Both the position numbers and the translations under genes were made by a program. From assembly GCA_016931275.1 (NCBI GenBank), contig JAFGFA010000003.1:69026-133025 (forward strand): 64,000 nt of DNA, read 5' to 3'. Within the stretch, counting starts at the first letter, position 1, and every line of letters begins with the position of its first letter. Below, piece by piece: positions 18,197-28,268 of the stretch. The notes beneath the pieces are model-generated. The model was not told where the DNA came from. It did no database searches and saw nothing but the letters and a program-made list of their open reading frames with translations. This stretch comes from Parachlamydiales bacterium. GTDB lineage: Bacteria; Chlamydiota; Chlamydiia; Chlamydiales; SM23-39.

Positions 18197-19384
18197 ATGA
18201 TTGGAGAAAAAAAACTCATGTCTATTACGATTACGGAAGTACCTTTTTGGAACACAAGGCTACATTTCGATCCTGAATATTCCTCCCATAAAAACATTTT
18301 GTGGAAAACAGGTAAGCTGGCAGATCATTTCTTTCGCTGGGTTACGAATCCGAGCCATACTTTTTTTGTCACTACATTCGAAGGAAAAACGGTATGTTTA
18401 TTGGATCCCAACGCAAACCATTCTTCTTCGAAAACACTTCTATCGACCTTAGCGAAAATTTCTCTTATTGTGTTTTTACCACTTGCTTTTCTTGTAAGCT
18501 ATTGTTTTAGAGCAAGTAATAAGTCTCCTGTTTTTGATTACAGCCTTATTTTTACAAAATATCTTCAATTCCTTGCCTTGCAACAACAGACCTCCGCACT
18601 TCTTACTCCCTCTCTTCTTATGCTGGGAACTGCATTAACCGAAATTCCCGAAGATCTTGATACTCTGCTTCCTTCTCTTTCTTTCTTAGAGATTTCTTCT
18701 AACCCTCTAACAGTAACCAGCGAGCAAGTACAAAAAATTCTTAATGTACAATCCATGAAAAATTTATTTGTCTCTCCGGAACAACTGCCGAAAAATTATG
18801 AACGCGAGCTAACAATCGAACAAAAAGCAAAAATAAACCTTCAAAAAAATCCAATAGACCAAGAAATCCAACACCAAAACGCTACGAAAATCAATCCATT
18901 ACGCTCCGCTTCCTATGTCTTATGGACTCAGTTAAACAAACACGATCAAGAAACTATTTTAACAAAGATCTCTCTTCCTGAAGAGATCAAAAAACAATTA
19001 TGTTCAGATCTTTATACACTCACTCTTTACAGCTCCCCCTCCCTTTTTTCTACTAGTGACAATTGTTATTTACCCGGAAAACAGCAACTCATCCTTCAAG
19101 ATGCCCCAAATGCTCCAGAAAATTTACCGCCTCAAAATCGTGAAAAAAATATTTTAAAAGCGCTAAACTCTATTATTGAAAACATGCCGAATCTAACAAC
19201 ATTAGATCTCTCTTCTTTTTCCTTCTCTTTCACTAAGCCCCAGCAACTAATCGATTTATTGAAAAAATTTTCCTCTCTCAACGTCACTCTAAGAGAAGAT
19301 CAATTACCTGAAAACCTCAGTCTCCATACTCTAGAAAATGCTTGCTCATACCAAGACCGCATATGCATCTGCGAAAGCCACTAA
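18197..19384 (+). CDS. Hypothetical membrane protein with a few LRR-like motifs
   Basis: One TM segment (LAKISLIVFLPLAFLVSYCF). LSFLEISSNPLT and NMPNLTTLDLSSFSF resemble LxxLxLxxNxL. The start may be the internal ATG (MSITITEV). Confidence 0.35.
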   Translation: MIGEKKLMSITITEVPFWNTRLHFDPEYSSHKNILWKTGKLADHFFRWVTNPSHTFFVTTFEGKTVCLLDPNANHSSSKTLLSTLAKISLIVFLPLAFLVSYCFRASNKSPVFDYSLIFTKYLQFLALQQQTSALLTPSLLMLGTALTEIPEDLDTLLPSLSFLEISSNPLTVTSEQVQKILNVQSMKNLFVSPEQLPKNYERELTIEQKAKINLQKNPIDQEIQHQNATKINPLRSASYVLWTQLNKHDQETILTKISLPEEIKKQLCSDLYTLTLYSSPSLFSTSDNCYLPGKQQLILQDAPNAPENLPPQNREKNILKALNSIIENMPNLTTLDLSSFSFSFTKPQQLIDLLKKFSSLNVTLREDQLPENLSLHTLENACSYQDRICICESH

Positions 19385-19523
19385 CATCGCAAAAACGAGT
19401 CTTTTTAAATTTTTTTTTAATGCCCTATGCGCCTATAAATGTAAAACGCATAAAAAATATTGTGGAAAAATTGTATTTTTCGCTAACATGCTCTTCTAAT
19501 TTTCAAGAACAATTGGAGTTGAA

Positions 19524-20144
19524 ATGAGTCGATATACAGGTCCGAAGAACCGCGTTGCTCGTAAATTTGGAGCTAATATTTTTGGCAGAGCCCGCAATCC
19601 TCTTTTACACAAGCCCAATCCTCCAGGAATGCACGGAGCTAAAAGAAAGAAACAATCTGATTACGGCCTACAGCTTGCAGAAAAACAAAAGCTTTGTGCT
19701 GTCTATGGCATGCTTACTCAAAAACAGCTCCTAAAAGCCTATAAAACAGCTTTACAACATCCAGGAAATACGGCCCATAATTTCTTGCAGTTATTAGAAT
19801 GTCGTCTTGATAATATTGTTTTCCGATTACGATTGGCTCCTACAATTTTTGCTGCGCAGCAACTTGTTGCTCATGGGCATATCTTAGTAGACGGCAAAAA
19901 AGTGGATCGACGATCTTTTCAAGTACAAACAGGGATGGTTGTTTCCATCAAAGAAAAATCGAGAAAAATGAAAACTATTCTCGCCGCGAAAAGCAATTCT
20001 TCCAGAGAAGTTCCTTCCTATCTTGCTTTGATGGAAGATAATTTTGCTGGAAAAATGGAAATGCTCCCGGAAGGGGATCAAATCTCTTTACCAATTTTGA
20101 TCAACATCCCTATTATTTGCGAATTCCTAGCGCATACTACATAA
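19524..20144 (+). CDS. rpsD: 30S ribosomal protein S4
   Basis: MSRYTGPKNRVARKFGANIFG... and the S4 domain LDNIVFRLRLAPTIFAAQQLVAHGHILVDGKKVDRRSFQV. Confidence 0.95.
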   Translation: MSRYTGPKNRVARKFGANIFGRARNPLLHKPNPPGMHGAKRKKQSDYGLQLAEKQKLCAVYGMLTQKQLLKAYKTALQHPGNTAHNFLQLLECRLDNIVFRLRLAPTIFAAQQLVAHGHILVDGKKVDRRSFQVQTGMVVSIKEKSRKMKTILAAKSNSSREVPSYLALMEDNFAGKMEMLPEGDQISLPILINIPIICEFLAHTT

Positions 20145-21732
20145 CTTGTATTTTTTCTTTATCTTTTTTAGAGAAAAATTCCAGCCATTGAGTGATCGCA
20201 TGCACATGGAATATTTTAGCTAAGGAAAACAGGGATAGAAAAAATATGCCTGTCATGCAAGAAAAATGTCCTATCTGCTGTGAAAAACTGCGCCCATATT
20301 CTATTTCCTCGTTTCCAAAAAAGGCCCAAGTAGGATCCTTTAGACAATAATGACCTAATAAAAGGGCTAAAAGGGCACTGAACAAGGAAATGAAGAAAAC
20401 CTTCCTTAACAAAGGGATTATAATCGTCGCTATCGGATATCTTTGTAATCGCCAAAAGAGAAGACCTGTTTGAAAAACAGCACTGATCGTCGTCGCATAG
20501 GCAACACTCGCGGCCTTACCATGGAAATAGAAAATAAAAAGAGCGTTCAAGGCAAGATTGAGAAGAACACTTGCTACCGAAGCGATGGTAGGAAAAAAAT
20601 AATTTTTTTTAGCATAGAAGGCATTGGAAAAAATCAAAGTAGCCACAAGAAAAAAAAGACCGGCGCCATAAACGATAAGGCAATGAAAAGTCTCATAAAC
20701 CGCCACGGAAGAAAATTCTCCCCGGCCAAAGAGAAGATTGACACTAACTCCCCCAAGAGCAAATATGGCAAAGGTTGCGGGAATCATAATCCCGATCATA
20801 CGTTGTAAGCTTGCTACAAGTTTTCTCTCAAATTCTCCCCCGTCTTCCAGAAGGACAGAACGGCAAAGAGCGGGAAAAACAGCCGTAGCAATCGCGACTC
20901 CAAAAAGAGCCATGGGGAGCTGTGCCAGCCGAATGGAATACCATAAATAGACAGGACCCAAAGCATCGGCATATTTAGCAAACAAAGCATCGATGGCGCT
21001 ATTAATCTGTACAGCTCCTATGCCGATAATGCTCAACAAACATGGGTGTATCATTTTTTTTATTTCTGGAGAAAAAACCATCGGACGCAACCACTCTTTA
21101 TATGAGATATAAGGACGCACCATCTGAAAACTGGGTATGGAGATAAAAAGCCATTGCACAAAAAAACCAAGGACGACAAACAAAGACAATTCCTGAACAG
21201 AGCCCTTAAAAAAATAAATTACAAAAGCTCCTATTGTCAAAGCTACATTAAAAAAAAGAGGGGCTACTGCCGGTAAGAAAAAGCGTCGTTCACATTGCAA
21301 AAAAGCAGAGCTTATTCCAAAAAGAGCCATAAAAATAAGAGAAGGAAACATAAGACGCATCAGAGAAAACACTCCCGTTTCCTGTCCCAGATGAAAAAAA
21401 ACGCGCACTGCTTCCAAAATAAAAAGAAGCATAAGCACAATAATCAGAAAACTAAAAAGGGTGTCTCTATAAAACAAAGCCGCTTTTTTGAGGTCATTTT
21501 TTTTTAGCAGCTCATAATGAGGAATAAAGCTTGCATGAAGGGTCGATTCTCCAATAAGCCTTCGGAAGAGATTGGCCATCCTGTAGGCCACCATAAAAAG
21601 GGCTATCTCCACTCCGGCTCCAAAACAATAGGCCAATGCGACATCACGCACAAAGCCGCTGATACGGCTTAAAAATGTTCCGGCAAAAAATTTTTTTACC
21701 CCACCAAAAGAAGACATCTCGTTAGGGACCAT
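20137..21732 (-). CDS. murJ: Lipid II flippase MurJ (MviN)
   Basis: FAGTFLSRISGFVRDVALAYCFGAG and about 14 TM segments. The ORF opens with TTG at 21765, but ATG at 21732 has a GAGGAG SD 7 nt upstream. Confidence 0.85.
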   Translation of the reverse strand: MVPNEMSSFGGVKKFFAGTFLSRISGFVRDVALAYCFGAGVEIALFMVAYRMANLFRRLIGESTLHASFIPHYELLKKNDLKKAALFYRDTLFSFLIIVLMLLFILEAVRVFFHLGQETGVFSLMRLMFPSLIFMALFGISSAFLQCERRFFLPAVAPLFFNVALTIGAFVIYFFKGSVQELSLFVVLGFFVQWLFISIPSFQMVRPYISYKEWLRPMVFSPEIKKMIHPCLLSIIGIGAVQINSAIDALFAKYADALGPVYLWYSIRLAQLPMALFGVAIATAVFPALCRSVLLEDGGEFERKLVASLQRMIGIMIPATFAIFALGGVSVNLLFGRGEFSSVAVYETFHCLIVYGAGLFFLVATLIFSNAFYAKKNYFFPTIASVASVLLNLALNALFIFYFHGKAASVAYATTISAVFQTGLLFWRLQRYPIATIIIPLLRKVFFISLFSALLALLLGHYCLKDPTWAFFGNEEIEYGRSFSQQIGHFSCMTGIFFLSLFSLAKIFHVHAITQWLEFFSKKDKEKIQVM

Positions 21733-21860
21733 AATATTACTCCTCAAGGTTATGATATCGCACAAGGCAAATGTCGAAAAACAGAATCTTTACTTCAGCG
21801 GCTTTTTCCCTATTGAGCATAATCTTTTTTTGTCCTTATAATGACTCTGAGGAAGGGATC

Positions 21861-22712
21861 ATGAAACCTATTCTAATTGGCGCTCACATGTCGGCTGCGG
21901 GAGGAGTTTCTAATGCCCTCTATCGCGGAAAAGAGATCGGAGCCAATACCATCCAGTTATTTACCGCAAATCAAAAGCAATGGAAAGGGAAAAAAATCAC
22001 GCCCGAAGAAGTAGAAAGATGGGACAGGGCAAAAAAAGAAACAGGCATTACCATTGTCACCAGTCATGGGGGCTATTTGATCAATTTGGGGTCTCCTAAC
22101 CAAGAGATCCTTCATAAAAGCTCAGTGGCTTTTCAAGAAGAAATCAAACGATGCCATTTATTGCACATTGACTATCTCAATTTCCATCCGGGATCGGCTA
22201 CAGGCTCTTCAGAAGAACAATGTTTGGACACGATTATCCATAGCCTGCTTCATGTGGCACCTTTGATGAACCAAGGATCTACTACGATGGTTATAGAATG
22301 CACGGCAGGACAAGGGTCTCAAGTGGGTTACCAATTGGAACATCTCGCCTATATTATTCAACATACCCACAAAAAGATCAAAATAGGCGTTTGTCTGGAC
22401 ACTTGCCATATGTTTGCTGCGGGATATGACATCCGTTCCCATCAAGGATGGGAACGAGTCCTCAAAGAATTTGATGCTCTTATAGGCATAGACTATCTGA
22501 AGGCATTGCATCTCAACGATTCTTCTCAAGATCTCGGCTCCAGAAAAGACAGACATGCATCTTTGGAAAAAGGAAAAATAGGCCTTGAATGCTTTCGATA
22601 TATTATGAACTCTTCCAAAACAAAATATCTTCCTAAATATTTAGAAACTCCTTCGGGAGATAAATATTGGAAAAATGAGATAAAATTATTACAATCTTTA
22701 GCACAAAAATAA
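21861..22712 (+). CDS. nfo: Endonuclease IV
   Basis: MKPILIGAHMSAAGGV, HGGYLINLGSP, NFHPGS, LDTCHMFAAGYD, HLNDS...GSRKDRHASL. The ORF opens at 21771, but ATG at 21861 has a GAGGAAGGG SD and matches the usual Nfo N-terminus. Confidence 0.9.
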   Translation: MKPILIGAHMSAAGGVSNALYRGKEIGANTIQLFTANQKQWKGKKITPEEVERWDRAKKETGITIVTSHGGYLINLGSPNQEILHKSSVAFQEEIKRCHLLHIDYLNFHPGSATGSSEEQCLDTIIHSLLHVAPLMNQGSTTMVIECTAGQGSQVGYQLEHLAYIIQHTHKKIKIGVCLDTCHMFAAGYDIRSHQGWERVLKEFDALIGIDYLKALHLNDSSQDLGSRKDRHASLEKGKIGLECFRYIMNSSKTKYLPKYLETPSGDKYWKNEIKLLQSLAQK

Positions 22713-22721
22713 TGGTCTTTT

Positions 22722-24092
22722 ATGCGCACAAAAATTAATGCTATCCTTTTCCCCTCTAATCCTGAAGAAATTTTAGGAAAAACGGTTACTGTCTGCGGTT
22801 GGCTGAAAACGCTTAGAAATCAAAAAAATTGTACTTTTTTAGAGATCAATGACGGGTCCTGTCTACAGAGCCTTCAGGCAATCCTCGAAGAAGGCTCTAT
22901 CGATCTTTCTCAGATGGAGAAACTTTCTACTGGCGCCAGCGTCGCATTAGAAGGAAAAATAGTGCCCAGTCCTGGACACAATCAGTCCTATGAAATGCAA
23001 GTGACCCATATTCACATTTATGGGACGTCTCCTCAAGACTATCCCCTCCAAAAAAAAAGGCATTCTTTTGAATTTCTGCGCTCTATTGCTCATCTTCGCC
23101 CTAGGACCAATACACAAGGTGCCGTAGCGCGGGTTCGTAACTGCCTTGCATTCGCCACCCATGAATTTTTCCAACGCCGAGGCTTCTATTACGTTCATAC
23201 TCCTATTATCACCGCCTCCGACTGTGAAGGCGGCGGAGCCTTGTTCCGTGTCACAACACTAGAACCCGGGAATAAAGATTTTACAAAAGATTTTTTTCAA
23301 ACACCGACCTATCTTACCGTATCCGGGCAGCTCAATGGAGAAGCGTTTGCCTGTGCCTTATCGGATATTTATACATTTGGTCCTACTTTTCGAGCAGAAA
23401 ACTCCCATACCTCTCGTCATCTTGCAGAATTTTGGATGATCGAACCGGAGATGGCTTTTGCCACCCTCAACGACAACAAGGAATGCGCGGAAAGTTATCT
23501 CAAGTTTATGATACAAAAGACTCTTCGACAATGTCCCGAAGACATCAAGTTTTTTGATCAGTTTATAGAAAAAGGGCTTTTAGCCCGTCTGGAACACGTG
23601 CTCACCACTCCTTTTGAACATATGAGCTATACAAAAGCCATTGCCATTTTAGAAAAATCGCATCAAAAGTTCTCTTATCCCGTCAAGTGGGGGATGGACC
23701 TTCAATCGGAACATGAGCGATATCTCACCGAAGAGCATTGTAAAAAACCGGTCATTCTCACGGACTATCCTAAAGAAATTAAAGCTTTTTACATGCGTTT
23801 GAATGACGACCATAAAACGGTGGCGGCCATGGACGTACTTGTACCCAAAATCGGAGAAATCATTGGAGGCTCTCAAAGGGAAGAGAGAGAAGAAATACTC
23901 GAACAACGCATTGTCCAGCTGGGATTTAAAAAAGAAGACTATGGGTGGTACTCAGAACTACGCAAATACGGAACGGTTCCTCATGCAGGATTTGGAGTAG
24001 GTTTTGAACGGTTGGTACAATTTATTACCGGCATGGAAAACATACGCGATGTTATTCCATTTCCCCGCTATCCCGGTCATGCGGATTTTTGA
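22722..24092 (+). CDS. asnS: Asparagine--tRNA ligase
   Basis: Class IIb motifs FGPTFRAENSHTSRHLAEFWMIEPEMAF and GGSQREER...HAGFGVGFERL, with the C-terminus PFPRYPGHADF. Confidence 0.95.
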   Translation: MRTKINAILFPSNPEEILGKTVTVCGWLKTLRNQKNCTFLEINDGSCLQSLQAILEEGSIDLSQMEKLSTGASVALEGKIVPSPGHNQSYEMQVTHIHIYGTSPQDYPLQKKRHSFEFLRSIAHLRPRTNTQGAVARVRNCLAFATHEFFQRRGFYYVHTPIITASDCEGGGALFRVTTLEPGNKDFTKDFFQTPTYLTVSGQLNGEAFACALSDIYTFGPTFRAENSHTSRHLAEFWMIEPEMAFATLNDNKECAESYLKFMIQKTLRQCPEDIKFFDQFIEKGLLARLEHVLTTPFEHMSYTKAIAILEKSHQKFSYPVKWGMDLQSEHERYLTEEHCKKPVILTDYPKEIKAFYMRLNDDHKTVAAMDVLVPKIGEIIGGSQREEREEILEQRIVQLGFKKEDYGWYSELRKYGTVPHAGFGVGFERLVQFITGMENIRDVIPFPRYPGHADF

Positions 24093-24669
24093 CCACTTCA
24101 TAAATTAAAAAAGGATCAAATCCTCTTCGTTGCAAAAGACGCATGGCTTTTTCTTTAGGGTACGCTTGAAAATCATGCATTAATAAATCGACGATCTTTT
24201 TCTTTTGCATTTGTGCGGTCATAATTTTATTTAAAGAATCTTCAATTTTATTTTGAGCGATATATTTTTGGCGAAGTTTTGCTGCAATCCCATTAGGGCC
24301 ATATCCTTTATGCACCTGTTGATGGATAAAATGTTCTAACCATTCCTCATCATTGAGATAATGATGTTCTTGCAATTCAGTTATAACCTTTTCCATTGTT
24401 GTATCGCTTATGTTTTTACTGCGCAATTTTTGCCGCAATCCATCACTGGGATAATTGCGCATAGCAAGCAAGGTGACACAATATTTTTTGACGACACGAT
24501 ATTCCAGAGAGTCAAACCATTCTCGGGCCTCTTCCCAGGAAGAACATTTTAGAGGAAATTCCAGGCTTTTACCAAAAAGTTTTTTAGAGACCTCTTTAAA
24601 AGGCTGATCATTGATCGTGATGACTAAAACAAAGGGATTGGTTTCTTTTGTATGAGAACCAAATTGCAT
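24052..24669 (-). CDS. recX: RecX-family regulatory protein
   Basis: Three-repeat helical pattern: YCVTLLAMRNYPSDGLRQKLRSKNISDTTMEKVITELQEHHYLNDEEW...GYGPNGIAAKLRQKYI...KAMRLLQRRGFD. Its 3' end overlaps asnS convergently by 41 nt. Confidence 0.65.
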   Translation of the reverse strand: MQFGSHTKETNPFVLVITINDQPFKEVSKKLFGKSLEFPLKCSSWEEAREWFDSLEYRVVKKYCVTLLAMRNYPSDGLRQKLRSKNISDTTMEKVITELQEHHYLNDEEWLEHFIHQQVHKGYGPNGIAAKLRQKYIAQNKIEDSLNKIMTAQMQKKKIVDLLMHDFQAYPKEKAMRLLQRRGFDPFLIYEVVKNPHDRDSGEME

Positions 24670-24751
24670 ACCTGCCGTCCTATTTTATTGTGTAACAATA
24701 AAATTTCTGCTAAAAAAAAACTATGAGAATCAATATCTAAAAAGTAAAATT

Positions 24752-25003
24752 ATGAACAAGTCTATTCCCCCCCTTCCCCCAAATTCAGAAAAACCGGTGA
24801 CACCGGCTCCAGAAAAAAAAGAATCCAAACCGTTTCAAGTCAATGAAGAACAGCCTTTTAAACAAATGGCTTTTTCTTCAGCGCAAAAGCAAAAATTTTG
24901 GAGCACAATGATTACGCAAATGCAAGAAACTATCAATCAGTGCCTTGCAAGAGCCAAACGGTCCTCGGAAGCCTTGAAAAAAAGTATAGAAGACCAAGAA
25001 TAA
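24752..25003 (+). CDS. Small hypothetical protein (83 aa; Pro/Lys-rich N-terminus, helical C-terminus)
   Basis: ORF only. It fills an otherwise empty intergenic space. No family recognised. Confidence 0.35.
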   Translation: MNKSIPPLPPNSEKPVTPAPEKKESKPFQVNEEQPFKQMAFSSAQKQKFWSTMITQMQETINQCLARAKRSSEALKKSIEDQE

Positions 25004-25075
25004 GACTTCGATATTTCCAACCTTTTATTCTCTTCCTTTTTATGCTATAATCTTTGAATACGATTAATTTTTTTT

Positions 25076-26014
25076 ATGAACCAGCCGGAAACCATCTTTA
25101 TCATTTATAGTGAAGAGACAAGCGAGAGGATTGATAAATATCTATCCTGTCTTTTCCCTCATTCCCGCACGTACTTTCAATTCCTCCTTGAAAATGGATG
25201 TGTGCTCGTGAACGGAAAAATCGTTAAAAAACGGACATTACTCAAAAAAAATGATGAAATGGATATTTTTTTCTTACAAACTATAGCAAATCCCATCATG
25301 CCAGAAGATATTCCCTTGGATATTCTTTATGAAGACGAACATCTTCTTGCGATCAACAAACCTGCGAATTTTGTCGTTCATCCGGCTCCTGGCAATTGGG
25401 AGCATACGTTTGTACATGCTCTTCTTTTTTATGTAAAAAAAAACAATTTCACATCAGAAACCCTTCGACCTGGCATCGTTCATCGTTTAGATAAGGATAC
25501 CACAGGAGTTCTATTAGCAGCGAAAACTCCTCTGGCCCAACAAAAACTCATCGACCTCTTTGCCCAAAGAGCCTTAAAAAAAACATATATAGCTCTTTGC
25601 TACGGAACCCCACAAGAGGGAGAATATAGAGCTCCTATTGGGCGTCATCCTGTATTACGGCAGCAGATGGCGATCCATGAAAAAGGGAAGGAAGCCGTCA
25701 CAGAGATTCGGGTTTTAGTGAACGCCTCCCCTTTTTCTCTTGTAAAAGCCAGCCCAAAAACAGGAAGAACGCATCAGATTCGACTTCATTTACGGGCTTT
25801 AGGAGCTCCTATTTTAGGAGACACTCTTTATGGCAACAACACAATCAATGAAAAGTTTTCTATGCGACAGCAACAATTACATGCCTATAGCTTAGAATTT
25901 ATTCATCCCTTTTCTCAAAAACTTCTTACAATAAAAGCCCCTATACCTACTTTGATGCAAAATTTTTTGCAAAAGAATTTTTCGCAAGATATCATAACGC
26001 TCTTTTTCTCATAA
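25076..26014 (+). CDS. rluD: RluA-family 23S rRNA pseudouridine synthase (RluD-like)
   Basis: N-terminal S4 domain (RIDKYLSCLFP..SRTYFQFLLENGCVLVNGKIVKK), catalytic HRLDKDTTGVLLAAK, and GRTHQIRLHL. Confidence 0.85.
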   Translation: MNQPETIFIIYSEETSERIDKYLSCLFPHSRTYFQFLLENGCVLVNGKIVKKRTLLKKNDEMDIFFLQTIANPIMPEDIPLDILYEDEHLLAINKPANFVVHPAPGNWEHTFVHALLFYVKKNNFTSETLRPGIVHRLDKDTTGVLLAAKTPLAQQKLIDLFAQRALKKTYIALCYGTPQEGEYRAPIGRHPVLRQQMAIHEKGKEAVTEIRVLVNASPFSLVKASPKTGRTHQIRLHLRALGAPILGDTLYGNNTINEKFSMRQQQLHAYSLEFIHPFSQKLLTIKAPIPTLMQNFLQKNFSQDIITLFFS

Positions 26015-26074
26015 TTTAAAATCTGTATACTCTTTTTTTATGACAAAGAAATAGGATACACAAGGAAATTTATC

Positions 26075-27835
26075 ATGAAGAAAATCATTATCTTGTGTTT
26101 TTTAACATTTTTACAATTTTCTCTTGAAGCTTGGGATGAAGAACGGACGATACGAAATATTTTCGTCACTCTTGGCATCCCTTCAAAAACGGCTTTTTCG
26201 AATGAATTGGTCATTGAAAAAATTCAAGAGGGAAATAATTCTCAAATATTTCGTATTACGATCAACGATTCTTCTTCTTCTCATATCTCCTATTTAAAAT
26301 TTTCTCAAAAAGAAGGTTCCAAAGGAGCCTTTTATATCAAACCTCTGTTCCCTATCGATAACATTACTTTAAGAATGCATTCCGAAAAAAGAAGGGATTT
26401 TTTTCGAAAAGCGATCAAAGGAGTGAACGAGCTTATTCCCCGCGAAAAGGGATGTGAAATTTTTCCTTATTCTCTTCCTTTAAATGTTTTTTCAACCATT
26501 CCTCAAAATACCGTCGAACCAATTTATGAATACCGTCTTTATACAAAACTCAACGGACAAAAACTCCCTTCTACCCTGCAAAATTCCATCCTTACTCGCT
26601 GGTCTCCGACCTTTGGCATCCATATATCTATGAAAAAGCAATCCTTAATTTCTGTCTTTGATCCTATCAACTATCCTGCTTCGACAATCAAAAAAATCTT
26701 ACAAACTTTAATCAAGTTTCAATATGAAAGTACTCGATGGATACAGGCTGAGATCCAAAAAAAGACTGAAAAGAATTCGCTTCCTCCCGACACAATCGAA
26801 GAAAAAATATATAACAAACTACAACATGAATCCCGTAGTTTCTGCTCATTTACTTTTATCTATCAATCTCTGATTCAATGTTTTCATTTACCCGATCAGC
26901 CTATAGAACAGCTCATCAAAGAACTGAAAAACCCCTCATCTAAAACCTTCATTCAATTAAAAGCGGCCGCACAGGAAAAAAAAGCCGAATTGATAAAATA
27001 TATTCATCAAATTATCAATGACTTGGGAGGAAAGGACGAGGGAGATATTATTAATGCGCAAGAACTCTTTTTTGCTCAAAATCCACCTATTAGGGAAAAA
27101 GCTCCCCTCAATCCCATGACTCCTCAAAACCTTCAAACCCATCCTGTCAATAAAATGATTTTTACTGCCGAAAGGGATCACCTCATTCCCCATAAGTATA
27201 TTGTATTAGGGAAAAAAATCTGCTGTGCTCTAGAAACAGAAAGCATTATCGATGATATCGTTTATAATCAGGCCAACAGACTGATCGAAATATTTGAAAA
27301 GCTTGCCAAATATCAAAAAACATTTTTTATCATAGAAACCATGCCTATGGGAGTCTGTTTGCAATCTCCCCATCCTTATAGTTTTATTTATAACAAATCA
27401 GGATCTTATAGCATTATGGCTACCGATGATATTTCATGGGATACATTATATTTGGATTTTGCTCAACTATACATTCAAAAAATCATTCGGGGTATTCTTC
27501 ATAAAAGAATTTCTTTACAAGAAGGAATGGAATTGATGCAGGCAGCTGTCGACGGGTACAATCATGCGGCTCCGACACCTTTACCTAAAGAACATCTAGG
27601 ACTTCTCTGTGATATTTTGATCATTCGACACTGGAGTTTTTTGTCCCAGATTCCCTATTACTATAACCTTAAAGAAGACGATCTCAATACTCTCAATTTA
27701 TCGGTGACTACACAATCTTTTTTAGATCATTTATATACTTTGGAACATTACAAAAAATTTTATCTAGAACAAATGATCCAAGGCATCCGGACAACCTCTC
27801 CACCAAAAGAAAAAACACAAGATATTAGTAGCTAA
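26075..27835 (+). CDS. Secreted hypothetical protein (586 aa)
   Basis: Signal peptide MKKIIILCFLTFLQFSLEAW. No family recognised. Confidence 0.5.
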   Translation: MKKIIILCFLTFLQFSLEAWDEERTIRNIFVTLGIPSKTAFSNELVIEKIQEGNNSQIFRITINDSSSSHISYLKFSQKEGSKGAFYIKPLFPIDNITLRMHSEKRRDFFRKAIKGVNELIPREKGCEIFPYSLPLNVFSTIPQNTVEPIYEYRLYTKLNGQKLPSTLQNSILTRWSPTFGIHISMKKQSLISVFDPINYPASTIKKILQTLIKFQYESTRWIQAEIQKKTEKNSLPPDTIEEKIYNKLQHESRSFCSFTFIYQSLIQCFHLPDQPIEQLIKELKNPSSKTFIQLKAAAQEKKAELIKYIHQIINDLGGKDEGDIINAQELFFAQNPPIREKAPLNPMTPQNLQTHPVNKMIFTAERDHLIPHKYIVLGKKICCALETESIIDDIVYNQANRLIEIFEKLAKYQKTFFIIETMPMGVCLQSPHPYSFIYNKSGSYSIMATDDISWDTLYLDFAQLYIQKIIRGILHKRISLQEGMELMQAAVDGYNHAAPTPLPKEHLGLLCDILIIRHWSFLSQIPYYYNLKEDDLNTLNLSVTTQSFLDHLYTLEHYKKFYLEQMIQGIRTTSPPKEKTQDISS

Positions 27836-27899
27836 ATAAAAAGGGGTCAGGTAGGCTGTTAATGAAAAGAAAACTAATCACTTAACAGAGGATCGAATC

Positions 27900-28139
27900 A
27901 TGAAAGAATTTGTAGAATACATCGTGAAAAATCTTGTTGATAACCCTGACAAGGTCCGTATCAACGAAATCGGTGGTACTCACACACTCATCATCGAATT
28001 ATCTGTAGAAAAAGCAGATATTGGCAAGATTATTGGCAAAAAGGGAAAAACCATCAACGCTATTCGCACCCTTCTTATGGCAGTAGCAAGTAGAACAGGG
28101 GTACGAGTCAATCTTGAAATTATCGAAGAAGGAAAATAA
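27900..28139 (+). CDS. KH-domain RNA-binding protein (YlqC/UPF0109 family)
   Basis: LVDNPDKVRINEIGGTHTLIIELSVEKADIGKIIGKKGKTINAIRTLL, including the GKKG KH motif. Confidence 0.85.
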   Translation: MKEFVEYIVKNLVDNPDKVRINEIGGTHTLIIELSVEKADIGKIIGKKGKTINAIRTLLMAVASRTGVRVNLEIIEEGK

Positions 28140-28167
28140 TTTTACAGATTTAAAAAAAACTTTTATC

Positions 28168-28196
28168 GGGCGAATTTCTATTCGCCCTTTTTATTT
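28168..28196 (+). terminator. Rho-independent terminator
   Basis: gggcgaa-tttcta-ttcgccc followed by tttttatttt. Confidence 0.75.
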
Positions 28197-28268
28197 TCAA
28201 ATATTATTTTTCAAATATCAAACAAATGATTATTCTTCCTTAAAGAAAAGAACTTGAGGAGCCTTTTT